The notes beneath the pieces were generated by a model. That model was not told the origin of the DNA. It saw only the letters and a program-made list of their open reading frames with translations, and ran no database searches. A DNA stretch of 64,000 nucleotides from Candidatus Sumerlaeia bacterium (GTDB taxonomy: Bacteria > Sumerlaeota > Sumerlaeia > SLMS01 > JANRJK01), in the NCBI GenBank assembly GCA_033764015.1, contig JANRJK010000039.1, positions 1 through 64,000 of the forward strand. The letters are read 5' to 3'. Every line of letters starts with the position of its first letter. The first letter of the stretch is position 1. The translations under genes and the position numbers were made by a program. Shown here piece by piece: positions 19,375 through 29,055 of this stretch.

Positions 19375-21603
19375 GTGAACACACGGGCTTGGATTTTCGC
19401 ATGCGTCAAGGGCTGCGCCCTGCCGCTTTTCATGATGCTGGGCGCCGCGCAAACCGCCGCCCCGGAAAGCCGCCCGGGCCACTCCCAGCACGGCAGCGCC
19501 TTCGACACCGGCATGCGGCAGAAGCCGTGGCGCATGGAGGGAATCGGGGAGGCGCCCTTCCCGATCACCACCAAGGTGCCGGAGGTCCAGCAGTGGTTCG
19601 ACCAGGGCAACGCGCTGCTCCACTCGTTCTGGTACGAGGAGGCGGAGCGCTCCTTCCGCTGGTGCCTCAAGCTCGATCCCGACTGCGCCATGGCCTACTG
19701 GGGCCTCGCACGCTGCGGAATCAACTGGTCGAGCGGGCTCTCCGACTACCCCGAAGTGAAGCGCTACAAGGATTTCCTCAAGGAGGCGGTGCGCCGGAAA
19801 GACTCGGTCACGCCCCGCGAGCGGATGTACATCGAAGCCTTCGACGAAACCCTTCGCGTCGAGCAGGACGAACGGTCGAAACTGATGCTCAAGAAACTGC
19901 ATGGGATCGCGCTGGCCTATCCAGACGACATCGAAGCGGCCGCGCTGCTCGCGTTGGTCTCGATCGAATCGGGGAACGCGCTCGGGACCGAGATGATCGT
20001 CCGCGACATCCTGCGCCGGAATCCCGAGCATCCCGGCGCGCACCACGTGCGCATTCACAATTGGGACGGCGAATTCGCCGAGCAGGCGATGGCGAGCTGC
20101 CAGGCGTATGGCAGGCTCGTTCCCGGCATCGGCCATTCGATGCACATGCCCGGCCACAACTACTCCAAGATCGGCATGTGGCACGAGGCCGCCTACTCCA
20201 TGGACGCGGCCACGCGCGTGGAGCTTCGTTACATGAACGAGCGCCTGGCGCTCCCCTTCGAGACTTGGAACTACGCGCACAACCGCAACTACCTCTGCTA
20301 CCTGCAGGAACAGCTCGGGATGGCGGAGGCCGCGCTCCAGGGCGCCGGCGACTTGATGGCGGCCCCGCGCCAGCCAAAGGTCGGCGAGGAGCCGCAATAC
20401 GGCATCTTCGATGAGGGGATGGCCGCGCAGATCCGCGCACTCGTCAAGTTCGAGCGCTGGGACGATATCCTAGCCCCCGGCACGATCGCGTGGCGGGACA
20501 CGGAGGACGACAAGCTGGGGCAGGCGTACCTCGAGACGCTCGCCTACACGGGGCAGGGAAAGACCGTCGATGCGCGGAGCCGCCTTGCGGAGTTCAAGGA
20601 ACTCGCGAAGCCGCTGGCGGAGACGCCGATCCCCGACATGCCGGGCGACCCCTACGAAGTTGAGCTCAACGTCGCCGAGGGCCTGCTCTGCGCCGCGGAA
20701 GGCAACATCCTCGACGCGACGCGGTTCCTCGCAGATGCGGCGGCCATCGAATCGAAGCAGCGCGACGGCTACATGTACCCCAACGATCCCCCCTACGCGC
20801 CATGGCCCGTCAATCGGCTGCTTGGGGACGTGTACCTCCGCGCGGACGAGATGACGCTCGCGATCAAAGCATACGAGCGCGCGCTCGAACAGGAACCGAA
20901 CGACGCATTCTCGCTGGCGGGTCTCGCTCAGGCCCACTTCAAGCGCGGCGACCGGGAGAGGGCGGAGGAGTACGCCGGCCGCTTCGGCTACGTCTGGTCC
21001 GCCTGCGATCCCGGACTGCGCTGGAAGGAAGAAGTCGACGCGCTCGGTCTCAGCGCAAAGCCGATCGCCCTGACTCCGGCGCCCGAGAGGCGCTACTCGA
21101 CAGACGCCCAGGCGAAAATCGGCCCGCTGGATTGGGAGCCGTTCGCCGCGCCCAAGCTGGAATGCATGGATTCCGAGGGCAAAGCGGTCCGCCTCGAGGA
21201 CTATCGCGGCAAGAACGTCATCCTCGTGTTCTATCTCGGGGAGGAGTGCGTCCACTGCGTGGAACAACTCATCGCCATCAACACCCGCGCCTCAGAATGG
21301 CAGGGCGAGAACGCCGTCGTCCTGGCGGTCAGCAGCGCGCTCCCCGAGGACAACGAATCCGCGGAGGGTTTGCGCGAACTCTCCATAAAGCTCCTCTCGG
21401 ACAAGGACCACGAAACCGCCCGCAGATTCACTTCCTACGACGACTTCGAGGAGATGGAGTTGCACTCGACGATTCTGATCGATCCACAGGGCCGCGTGCA
21501 CTGGAAGCGCACCGGGGGCGACCCCTTCACCGACATCGACTTCCTGATCGAGACGTTGAAGCGGATGAACGGAAAGGAGGATGCTATCACCCCGCCGGCT
21601 TGA
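19375..21603 (+). CDS. Secreted TPR protein fused to an AhpC/TSA (redoxin) domain
   Basis: TPR-like helices (QQWFDQG…LHSFWYEEAERSF…DPDCAMAYWG); His motifs HPGAHH and HSMHMPGH; C-terminal LEDYRGKNVILVFY…ECVHCVEQL. Start uncertain. Confidence 0.75.
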   Translation: MNTRAWIFACVKGCALPLFMMLGAAQTAAPESRPGHSQHGSAFDTGMRQKPWRMEGIGEAPFPITTKVPEVQQWFDQGNALLHSFWYEEAERSFRWCLKLDPDCAMAYWGLARCGINWSSGLSDYPEVKRYKDFLKEAVRRKDSVTPRERMYIEAFDETLRVEQDERSKLMLKKLHGIALAYPDDIEAAALLALVSIESGNALGTEMIVRDILRRNPEHPGAHHVRIHNWDGEFAEQAMASCQAYGRLVPGIGHSMHMPGHNYSKIGMWHEAAYSMDAATRVELRYMNERLALPFETWNYAHNRNYLCYLQEQLGMAEAALQGAGDLMAAPRQPKVGEEPQYGIFDEGMAAQIRALVKFERWDDILAPGTIAWRDTEDDKLGQAYLETLAYTGQGKTVDARSRLAEFKELAKPLAETPIPDMPGDPYEVELNVAEGLLCAAEGNILDATRFLADAAAIESKQRDGYMYPNDPPYAPWPVNRLLGDVYLRADEMTLAIKAYERALEQEPNDAFSLAGLAQAHFKRGDRERAEEYAGRFGYVWSACDPGLRWKEEVDALGLSAKPIALTPAPERRYSTDAQAKIGPLDWEPFAAPKLECMDSEGKAVRLEDYRGKNVILVFYLGEECVHCVEQLIAINTRASEWQGENAVVLAVSSALPEDNESAEGLRELSIKLLSDKDHETARRFTSYDDFEEMELHSTILIDPQGRVHWKRTGGDPFTDIDFLIETLKRMNGKEDAITPPA

Positions 21604-21731
21604 CGGGCCTAGGACGGCTCGGCCGGTCACGGGGTCCGCGGCGGAGACCGGGGAAGGCGGCGTGCCTCATCCCCGGTCGGCACGGACCCCGACCGCAACG
21701 CCACCCAGACTTCGATTGGCAGCCGCGGCTG

Positions 21732-22850
21732 CTAGAGCAACCGCGCTTCCTCCGCGATCCAGGCCGCGAACTGGCCGCGGAAGGTGGCGTGCGAGAACCT
21801 CTCCGCCTGCGCGCGGAGCCGCGCCGGGTCGTACTCGCTGTCGTCGTGGGAGCCGATGAGCGCCGCCAGCGCGCGGGCGGACGGATCGGGCACGTGGCGG
21901 CCGCACTGCGGCGCCGGCGCCGTCTCGAGCAACCCGCCGCGGGCGAGGCCTAGCACCGGTCGGCAGCTCGCAAGCGACTCCAGCGCGGTGATGCCGAAGT
22001 CCTCCACGCCGGGGTAGAGCAGCGCGCGCGCGCGGCGGTAGAACTCCGCCAGCTCGGCGTCGTCCACCCAGCCGGTGAAGTGGGTATCCGGGCCCGCCAG
22101 GGCCTCGAGCCGCTCGCGGTCCGGGCCGTCGCCAACCACGACGAGCGGTTGCCGCGCGATGCGGGCCGCGCGGATCGCGCGGTCCACGCGCTTGTACGGC
22201 ACCAGCGCGGAGACGACCAGGAAGTAGTCCGCGGGGGGCTTACCGTCCGGCGCGAAGCGGTCGAGATCCACGGAGGGATGGATCACGCGCGGTACGCGGT
22301 CCCAGTAGCGCTCGATCTTGGCCGCGATGAACGCCGAATCCGCCGCGAGCGTATCGATGTGGTCGTTCGAACCGCGGTCCCAGCGTTGGAGCGGGCGGCG
22401 CAGCAGCGAGAGCGCCAGATCGCTCGCGAATCCGCGGCCGAGGTACGCGGGAAACTGGTCCCAGACGTAGCGCATCGGCGAGAAGATGTATGCGGCGAAG
22501 AGGCCGCGCCGCGGTGCGGGGGCCGCCTTGGCCACGCAGTGCGAGGTGGCGATCACCAGGTCGTAGCCCTGCGTGGGAAGCATGCCCGCCAGCCGCGGAA
22601 GCAGCGGCAGCATCTCGCGGTAGCGGCGCCGCAGGAGCGCCTCGCCGCGCCACCGCAGCGGGCGCACGTCCATCGCGCGGATCGCCGGGCTGACGCGGGC
22701 GTCGTCGTAGATCAGCGTGTGGAGGTGCGCGTCGGGGAACAGCGCGCAGACCTGCTCGAGCACCTTCTCGCCGCCGCGCATCCCGTTCAGCCAGTCGTGG
22801 ACGAGCGCGACGCGGAGGCCTGGCGGGATGCGCGGCGCGGGTGCGGCCAA
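21732..22850 (-). CDS. Glycosyltransferase family 4
   Basis: VALVHDWLNGMRGGEKVL, LVPYKRVD and EDFGITALE. Confidence 0.88.
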   Translation of the reverse strand: MAAPAPRIPPGLRVALVHDWLNGMRGGEKVLEQVCALFPDAHLHTLIYDDARVSPAIRAMDVRPLRWRGEALLRRRYREMLPLLPRLAGMLPTQGYDLVIATSHCVAKAAPAPRRGLFAAYIFSPMRYVWDQFPAYLGRGFASDLALSLLRRPLQRWDRGSNDHIDTLAADSAFIAAKIERYWDRVPRVIHPSVDLDRFAPDGKPPADYFLVVSALVPYKRVDRAIRAARIARQPLVVVGDGPDRERLEALAGPDTHFTGWVDDAELAEFYRRARALLYPGVEDFGITALESLASCRPVLGLARGGLLETAPAPQCGRHVPDPSARALAALIGSHDDSEYDPARLRAQAERFSHATFRGQFAAWIAEEARLL

Positions 22851-22851
22851 C

Positions 22852-24342
22852 TCAGACCCCGAGGCCCGAGAGCAGCCGGTCGTACAGCGCCTCGTAAAGC
22901 TGCGCGGAATGCCCCCAACTGAAGTCCCGCGCCATGCCGTTGCGGCGCAGCTTGCCCCAGTGCGGCTTGTCGTCGCGGTACAGCTCCATCGCCTGCTCCA
23001 CCGCGGCGAGCAGCGCCTCCGCGGTGTAGTCGGAGAAGAGGAACCCGGTCGCCTCGCCCGCCTCGATGGAGGGGACGTCCGCGTGGCGCACCGTGTCGCG
23101 GAGGCCGCCGACCGCCCGCACCACCGGCACGGTGCCGTAGCGCATGGCGTACATCTGCGTGAGGCCGCACGGCTCGAAGGCCGACGGCACCAGCAGCATG
23201 TCCGCCCCAGCGTAGATCTGGTGCGCGCGCTCGTTGTCGAACCCCGTGTGGACCGCGATGCGCTTGGGGTGCTGCGAGGCGAGGTCTTCGAATGCGCGCT
23301 CGAAGCGCGCGTCGCCGGAGCCGAGCAGCACGAACTGGACGTCGCGCTGCGCCAGCTCCGGAAGGACCCGGAGCACCAGGTCGATCCCCTTCTGCGCCGC
23401 GAGCCGGGACGTCATTCCGACCAAGGGGCAGTGGCGCTTGGGCAGGCCGAAGCGCTTCTGCAGCGCCGCCTTGCACAGCGCCTTCCCCGCATCGCCCCAC
23501 GGGTTGACCGGCGCCGCGATGTACGGATCCGCCTCGGGGTTCCACAGCGCCGTGTCGATGCCGTTCAGGATTCCCTTCAGGTCGCTCGAACGCTTGCGCA
23601 GGAGGCCGTCGAGCCCCGCCCCGAACTCCTTCGTCTGGATCTCCTCCGCGTAGCTCGGCGAGACGGTCGTGATGACGTCGCTGTAGACGAGGCCCGCCTT
23701 GAGCATCGACGCCTTGCCGTAGAATTCGAGCCCCTCCGGCGAGAACAGGCTCCAGGGAAGGAACATGTTCGAGAGGATTTCCGGCGAGAAGTTCCCTTGG
23801 TACGCGAGGTTGTGGATCGTGAAGACGGTACGGATGTCCTGGTGGAAGCCCTCGGCGAGCACTTCCGGGTGCGCCTTGAGCAGCACCGGCAGCAACCCCG
23901 TCTGCCAGTCGTGCGCGTGCACGATGTCGGGACGCCAGTCGATGCCCTTCATCAGCCACAACAGCGCCAACGAGAACACCCCGAAGCGGCGGTCGTTGTC
24001 GGTGAACTGTCCGCCGGGCGGCTCGTAGATCCCGTCGCGGTCGAAGAGCCCGGGAAAGTCCATCAGGTAGACCGCGATGTCGGTGTCCGGAAAGGCGGTC
24101 TCGAGCACCTGGCCGGTGTACTGCGTGCCGCCGTACCAGATGTTCAGCTCCGGCAGGACGACGACGGTCTCGCCCTCGTCGTATTCGAGCTCGCGGTACT
24201 TGGGGATGGCGGCGCGGACGTCGTGGCCCCGGGCAGCGAGCGCCTTCGGGAGCGACATCATGATGTCGGCCAGCCCGCCGGTCTTGATGAACGGTTCCGC
24301 CTCGGAGGCGGCATGGAAGACGCGGAGCGGTTTCGAAGCCAT
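22852..24342 (-). CDS. glgA: Glycogen synthase
   Basis: KTGGLAD, HAHDWQTG, FTIHNLAYQG and PSAFEPCGLTQMYAMRYGT. Confidence 0.95.
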   Translation of the reverse strand: MASKPLRVFHAASEAEPFIKTGGLADIMMSLPKALAARGHDVRAAIPKYRELEYDEGETVVVLPELNIWYGGTQYTGQVLETAFPDTDIAVYLMDFPGLFDRDGIYEPPGGQFTDNDRRFGVFSLALLWLMKGIDWRPDIVHAHDWQTGLLPVLLKAHPEVLAEGFHQDIRTVFTIHNLAYQGNFSPEILSNMFLPWSLFSPEGLEFYGKASMLKAGLVYSDVITTVSPSYAEEIQTKEFGAGLDGLLRKRSSDLKGILNGIDTALWNPEADPYIAAPVNPWGDAGKALCKAALQKRFGLPKRHCPLVGMTSRLAAQKGIDLVLRVLPELAQRDVQFVLLGSGDARFERAFEDLASQHPKRIAVHTGFDNERAHQIYAGADMLLVPSAFEPCGLTQMYAMRYGTVPVVRAVGGLRDTVRHADVPSIEAGEATGFLFSDYTAEALLAAVEQAMELYRDDKPHWGKLRRNGMARDFSWGHSAQLYEALYDRLLSGLGV

Positions 24343-24481
24343 GGGGGCTACCCTCGTCCTGCGGGTGGGCGTCGGAGGCGAAGTCTCTTGAATTGCGCAC
24401 CCGAGGCAACAAACACTCTTTGCGCCCCGCGGCGCGGCAAGTAAAGCTCTTTATCACAAGACTCCCGCAAGAGGCCCGGAT

Positions 24482-26308
24482 ATGGGACTGCTCCACGACT
24501 GCGCGCGATCGATCACCAGCTACCACGAGGAAACCGAGCGCGAGGTGCGGGCGCTCCGAGCCGACCCCACCGACGCGAAGGCGGCCGTGGAAGCCTTCGC
24601 CGCCCGCCGCGCCGCGATGCCCACCTCCAAGTCCTTCATCGGCACCGAGATGCCGCTCTTCGCGCTTCCGGACCACGACGAGGCGGGCGTCATCCACCGC
24701 TTCCTGCGCCGCGAGGGCTATCCGGGCGAGTTCCCCTTCACCCAATGCGCCTACGAGCGCCAGTACCTGATCGAGGAGGGGGCCGAACAGGGCGAGGAGC
24801 CCACCCGCATGTTCGCCGGCCTCGGCCTCGCCGAGGACACCAACGAGCGCTTCCACCTGCTCGCGGCGAACCAGCGCTCGCACCGCCTCTCCACCGCCTT
24901 CGACGGCGTCACGCTCTACGGCATGGACGCGGATGCGGAAGGGGTGCTCGGCAAGGTCGGCGAGGGCGGTGTCTCCATCTCGACCGTCGAGGACATGGAG
25001 CGCCTCTACCAAGGCTTCGACCTCACCGCGCCGTCCACCTCCGTCTCCATGACGATCAACGGGCCCGCGCCGATCCTGATGGCGCAGTTCATCGTCGCCG
25101 CCGCGCGGCGCGAGTGGGCGCGCGCCGCGGCGCTCAAGCCGAACGGCAGCGCCGGTCGCCTCGATCCCGAGGAGAAGCGCCGCATCCTCCTCGATTGCGC
25201 CGCCAAGCTCCGAGGCACGGTGCAGGCCGACATCCTCAAGGAGGTGCAGGCGCAGAACGAGACGCTCTTCCCGCTCGAACCCAGCCTCCGCCTCCTCGGC
25301 GACATGGTAGACTGGTGCGCGGACAACGCCCCGCGCTGGTACCCCGTCTCCATCAGCGGCTACCACATCGCGGAGGCCGGCGCCGACCCCGTCGAGCAGC
25401 TCGCCTTCACGCTCGGGAACGGCCTCTACTACGCGGACGCCTTCCGCCGCCGCGGCATGGACCTCGAAAAGGTGGTCCCGCGATTCTCGTTCTTCTTCCA
25501 GTTCGACTACGACCTCGAGTCCGCCGTGATCGGGCGCGTCGCGCGCCGCGCCTGGGCCATCGCCATGCGTCGGCACTTCGGCCTCGGCGACCGCGCCGCG
25601 CGGCTCAAGTTCCACGCGCAGACCAGCGGGCGCTCGCTCACCGAGCAAGGGCTCCTCAACAACATCACCCGCACCGCGCTGCAGGTCTTCCTCGCGCTCG
25701 CGAACTACGCCAACTCCGCCCACTCGAACAGCTACGACGAGGCGATCACCACCCCCACCGCCGAGGCCGCTCTCATCGCGAGCCAGACGCAGGCGCTCCT
25801 GCTGGAGGAGACCGGCATGTTCCGCCACACCATGGGCCTCTTCACCACGGGCCCGGGCCTCTCGCTCCTGACGGACCGGGTCGAGGAGGGCGTCGCGCGC
25901 ATCTGGGAGGAAATGGACCGCGTCGGCGGCGTGATCGAGGCCGTCGAAACGCGCTACGTGCGCGGGCGCATCCAGGACAGCTTCTACAAGCGCGCGCAGC
26001 AGGCGCACGCCGGCGAGCGGCGGCTGGTCGGGGTGAACTGCTACCGCAACGAGGAGGAGGCGCGCCCGCGAGTCGAGCTCTCGCGCACCTCGAAGGAGCG
26101 CCAGCGGCTGCAGGCCGACCGCACCCGCGCGTTCAAGGCCGCCAACTCCGAGGCCGCGGAGGTGGCGCTGCGGCGCCTCGCCGACGCCGCGGAGCGCGAC
26201 GCGGACAACGTGTTCGCGGAACTGCTCGATGCCGTCGAGGTGTGTTCCCTCGGCCAGATCACCGGCACATTGCAGGAAAGCTGGGGGCGCTTCCGGGCGA
26301 TGGTGTAG
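24482..26308 (+). CDS. B12-dependent acyl-CoA mutase substrate-binding subunit (IcmF-like barrel, no B12-binding domain)
   Basis: EEPTRMFAG, RLSTAFD, SVSMTINGPAP, GTVQADILKE, SISGYHIAEAGA, KFHAQTSGRSL and HSNSYDEA. No DxHxxG motif. Confidence 0.88.
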   Translation: MGLLHDCARSITSYHEETEREVRALRADPTDAKAAVEAFAARRAAMPTSKSFIGTEMPLFALPDHDEAGVIHRFLRREGYPGEFPFTQCAYERQYLIEEGAEQGEEPTRMFAGLGLAEDTNERFHLLAANQRSHRLSTAFDGVTLYGMDADAEGVLGKVGEGGVSISTVEDMERLYQGFDLTAPSTSVSMTINGPAPILMAQFIVAAARREWARAAALKPNGSAGRLDPEEKRRILLDCAAKLRGTVQADILKEVQAQNETLFPLEPSLRLLGDMVDWCADNAPRWYPVSISGYHIAEAGADPVEQLAFTLGNGLYYADAFRRRGMDLEKVVPRFSFFFQFDYDLESAVIGRVARRAWAIAMRRHFGLGDRAARLKFHAQTSGRSLTEQGLLNNITRTALQVFLALANYANSAHSNSYDEAITTPTAEAALIASQTQALLLEETGMFRHTMGLFTTGPGLSLLTDRVEEGVARIWEEMDRVGGVIEAVETRYVRGRIQDSFYKRAQQAHAGERRLVGVNCYRNEEEARPRVELSRTSKERQRLQADRTRAFKAANSEAAEVALRRLADAAERDADNVFAELLDAVEVCSLGQITGTLQESWGRFRAMV

Positions 26309-26311
26309 CGC

Positions 26312-27511
26312 CTACGCCAGCGCCGCCACGAAGCGCTCCAGACGGTCCATCGCCTTCGCGAGCTGCTCCATCGACGTCGCGTACGACATGCGGAAGCAGC
26401 GGTCCTCGCCGAAGGCCGAGCCCGGCACCGCCGCGACGTGCTCCGACTGCAGGAACGCCTCGCAGAAAGACGAGGAATCGGTGATGGCGATTCCTTTGTG
26501 CGACTTGCCGAAGTGCGCCGAGATGTCGGGGAACACGTAGAACGCGCCGCGCGGCGGGTGCTGCAGCGCCACGTCCGGGATCCCGGCCAGGCGGCCGATC
26601 ACGTAGCGCCGGCGTTCGTCGAAGCGCACCAGCCACTCCGCGAGGTGCGGGCGCTCCGGCCCGAGCGCGCGCGCCGCCGCGTTCTGGCAAAAGCTCACCG
26701 GGTTGCTGGTCGACTGGCTTTGGAGCGCGTCCATCGCGGCGATCAGCTCCGCGGGCCCCGCCGCCCAGCCGAGCCGCCAGCCCGTCATGGACCACGCCTT
26801 CGAGAGGCCGTTCACGATCAGCGAGCGGTCGCGCAGGTCCGGCATCTCGCGCACCAGCGAGAAGAACTCCGCGCCATCGTAGGTGAGGAGCTGGTACAGG
26901 TCGTCGGAGATCAGGAACACATGCGGGTGGCGCCGCAGCACTTCACCGAGCGCGAGGAGCTGCGCGCGCGTGTAGACGACACCGGTCGGGTTGCTGGGCG
27001 AGTTGAGGATGAAGAGCTTCGTGCGGGGCGTGATCGCCGCCTCGAGCTGCTCCGGGGAGAGAACGAAGCCGCTCTCCGGCGGGCAGTTCACCACCACTGG
27101 CGCGCCGTCCGCCGCGAGCACCTGCTCCGGGTACGAGAGCCAGTAGGGCGCGGGGATGATGACCTCGTCCCCCGATTCGACCAGCGCCATGATCGCGTTG
27201 TACAGCACGTGCTTGCCGCCACTGCCGAGCATCGCTTCCTTCGGCGAGTAGGTAAGGCCGTACTCGCGCTCCATGTAGCCGCAGATCGCCGCGAGCACCG
27301 CCGGCGTGCCCTTCGAGGGCGTGTACTTCGTGACGCCGTCGCGGATGTCGTCGAGGGCGACCTGCTTGATGAATGCGGGCGTGTCGAAGTCCGGCTCGCC
27401 GGCGCTGAGGCCGACGACGTCGAGGCCGTCGGACTTCATCTGCTTGGCGCGCGCGGCGAGCGCGAGGGTCGCGGAGGGCTTGAGGGCGCGGACGCGCGCG
27501 GTCAGCTTCAT
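26312..27511 (-). CDS. aspC: PLP-dependent class I aminotransferase (aspartate aminotransferase type)
   Basis: GEPDFDTP, NSPSNPTG and SKAWSMTGWRLG. Confidence 0.88.
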   Translation of the reverse strand: MKLTARVRALKPSATLALAARAKQMKSDGLDVVGLSAGEPDFDTPAFIKQVALDDIRDGVTKYTPSKGTPAVLAAICGYMEREYGLTYSPKEAMLGSGGKHVLYNAIMALVESGDEVIIPAPYWLSYPEQVLAADGAPVVVNCPPESGFVLSPEQLEAAITPRTKLFILNSPSNPTGVVYTRAQLLALGEVLRRHPHVFLISDDLYQLLTYDGAEFFSLVREMPDLRDRSLIVNGLSKAWSMTGWRLGWAAGPAELIAAMDALQSQSTSNPVSFCQNAAARALGPERPHLAEWLVRFDERRRYVIGRLAGIPDVALQHPPRGAFYVFPDISAHFGKSHKGIAITDSSSFCEAFLQSEHVAAVPGSAFGEDRCFRMSYATSMEQLAKAMDRLERFVAALA

Positions 27512-27643
27512 CGGGAGTGCTCCATGGCGGGATAAACGAAGCGATCATGGGGCGCGGCTTCCCTCGGGCGAGCCAAATCCGGCGAACCGGCTTGCCGCCC
27601 TCCGGGAACGATGGCCATTCAACCTGTTGGAGACCCGCCTACG

Positions 27644-28411
27644 ATGCACGCCCACCTCCGCGCCTGGTTCACCCGCGAGCTCGCCCAGCGCGCCGGCGCC
27701 GACTACCGCGCCCGGGAAGTGGACGCGCACCACGTCTGGAGCCTCCCCGCGGCCGAGGCGCTCCGCCCCTGGGAGTTCCCGTGGAAGGAGCTGCGCCGCG
27801 ATCCGGAGCGCTTTCCGGAGCTGCAACTCGTCAAGATGGCGAGCCGCCGCACCGTCCTCCGCACCGACGCCACCGGCGAGCCACTGTATGTGAAGCGCAG
27901 CCTTCTGCGCACGCCCGCGGAGCGACTCGCCGCGCTCGTGAAGCCCGGCAAGGAGTTCCGCGAAACGCTGCTCGCGCTCGACTGGCGCCGCGCCGGGATC
28001 CTCACGCCGGAGCCCGTCTGCGCCGCCGCCGGATGGAACGACCAGTTCGGCGTGCCCGCCCGCTACCTCGCCACGCGCGCGCTTCCGGCGACGGCGCTCG
28101 AACTGAAGCCGCTCCTCAAGGCCGAGGACTTCGAGGGGCCGCTCTGGCGCGCGCTCGCGGAGCACACCCGCGACCTGCACGCGGCGGGTTGCCACCACGC
28201 GGACTACCGCTGCGACCACCTGTTCGTTGAGTTTGTCAATGAATCGCCGCGCTTCTGGCACATCGACCTCGACGGTTCCCACGCGGGGCGCCCGGTTTCG
28301 GCGGGGCAGCGCAAGACCGCGCTGGCGCGCCTGTTCAAGTCGCTCGAGAACCACCGCCTCACGCAGGCGCGGCGGGACGCGTTCCTCGCCGCCTACTCGA
28401 CGGGGACGTAG
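27644..28411 (+). CDS. Lipopolysaccharide kinase (Kdo/WaaP)-like protein
   Basis: LYVKR, EFRE…GILTPEPV, HHADY…HLFV and IDLD. Alternative ATG at 27611. Confidence 0.6.
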   Translation: MHAHLRAWFTRELAQRAGADYRAREVDAHHVWSLPAAEALRPWEFPWKELRRDPERFPELQLVKMASRRTVLRTDATGEPLYVKRSLLRTPAERLAALVKPGKEFRETLLALDWRRAGILTPEPVCAAAGWNDQFGVPARYLATRALPATALELKPLLKAEDFEGPLWRALAEHTRDLHAAGCHHADYRCDHLFVEFVNESPRFWHIDLDGSHAGRPVSAGQRKTALARLFKSLENHRLTQARRDAFLAAYSTGT

Positions 28412-28857
28412 AGGTCGGTGAACAGCTTCGCCGGGTCCATGTGCTCGACGTCGCCGCGGTAGATCTCGAGGCAGGGACCCTCGCGGAACACGCGCCCCGG
28501 CTGCTTCATCCAAACCTCGACGAACTGGTACCACGCATCGGGGAGTCCGCTGTACGCGCCGTGGTGCGTGTAGACCGCGTAGCGCCCGCCCGGGACATGG
28601 ACCGCCTCGAACTCCGGGTGAGGAAGCGGGGCGTCCGGGGACCAAACCATCGCCGCGTGGGCGCGCTGCTCCGCCTCTGGCGTGATCCGCGGATTGTGGT
28701 AGTAGACGCCCACCGCGAGGAACCCGGGACCGACGAGGCCCGAACTCTCGGCGAGCGAGAAGAACCGCTGCCATGTCCGACCCACCCCGGAGTAGGCCCC
28801 CTCGTGGAGCAGGCCGGCGAGGTGCATGTCGGGATGTGTTTCGATGCGGACTTCCAT
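28393..28857 (-). CDS. GyrI-like small-molecule-binding protein
   Basis: HEGAYSGVGRTW, PGGRYAVYTHHGAYSGL and EIY…TDLYVPV. Confidence 0.85.
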   Translation of the reverse strand: MEVRIETHPDMHLAGLLHEGAYSGVGRTWQRFFSLAESSGLVGPGFLAVGVYYHNPRITPEAEQRAHAAMVWSPDAPLPHPEFEAVHVPGGRYAVYTHHGAYSGLPDAWYQFVEVWMKQPGRVFREGPCLEIYRGDVEHMDPAKLFTDLYVPVE

Positions 28858-29003
28858 AATCGCACCTCGTCTTGGGTTTGGCCCGAGTATTCGAGCGAAT
28901 CGCTGATGCGCAATCCTTCTTCCGGGCGACCATTCGGTGCGCCCCGTGTACCTAATGGTACGTGCCCGCGCCGAGCACCGGCCCCAAGTCCAACGGAAGC
29001 GGT

Positions 29004-29018
29004 TGGCACGCCGGTCGC
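29004..29018 (+). promoter_or_regulatory. Possible sigma-54 promoter upstream of the secreted esterase
   Basis: TGGCACG-CCGG-TCGC, one mismatch to TGGCACG-N4-TTGC, about 40 nt before the ATG. Confidence 0.3.
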
Positions 29019-29055
29019 CCCGGAGCCTCGGACACCATTAGCGCGGGAGCCCCCC

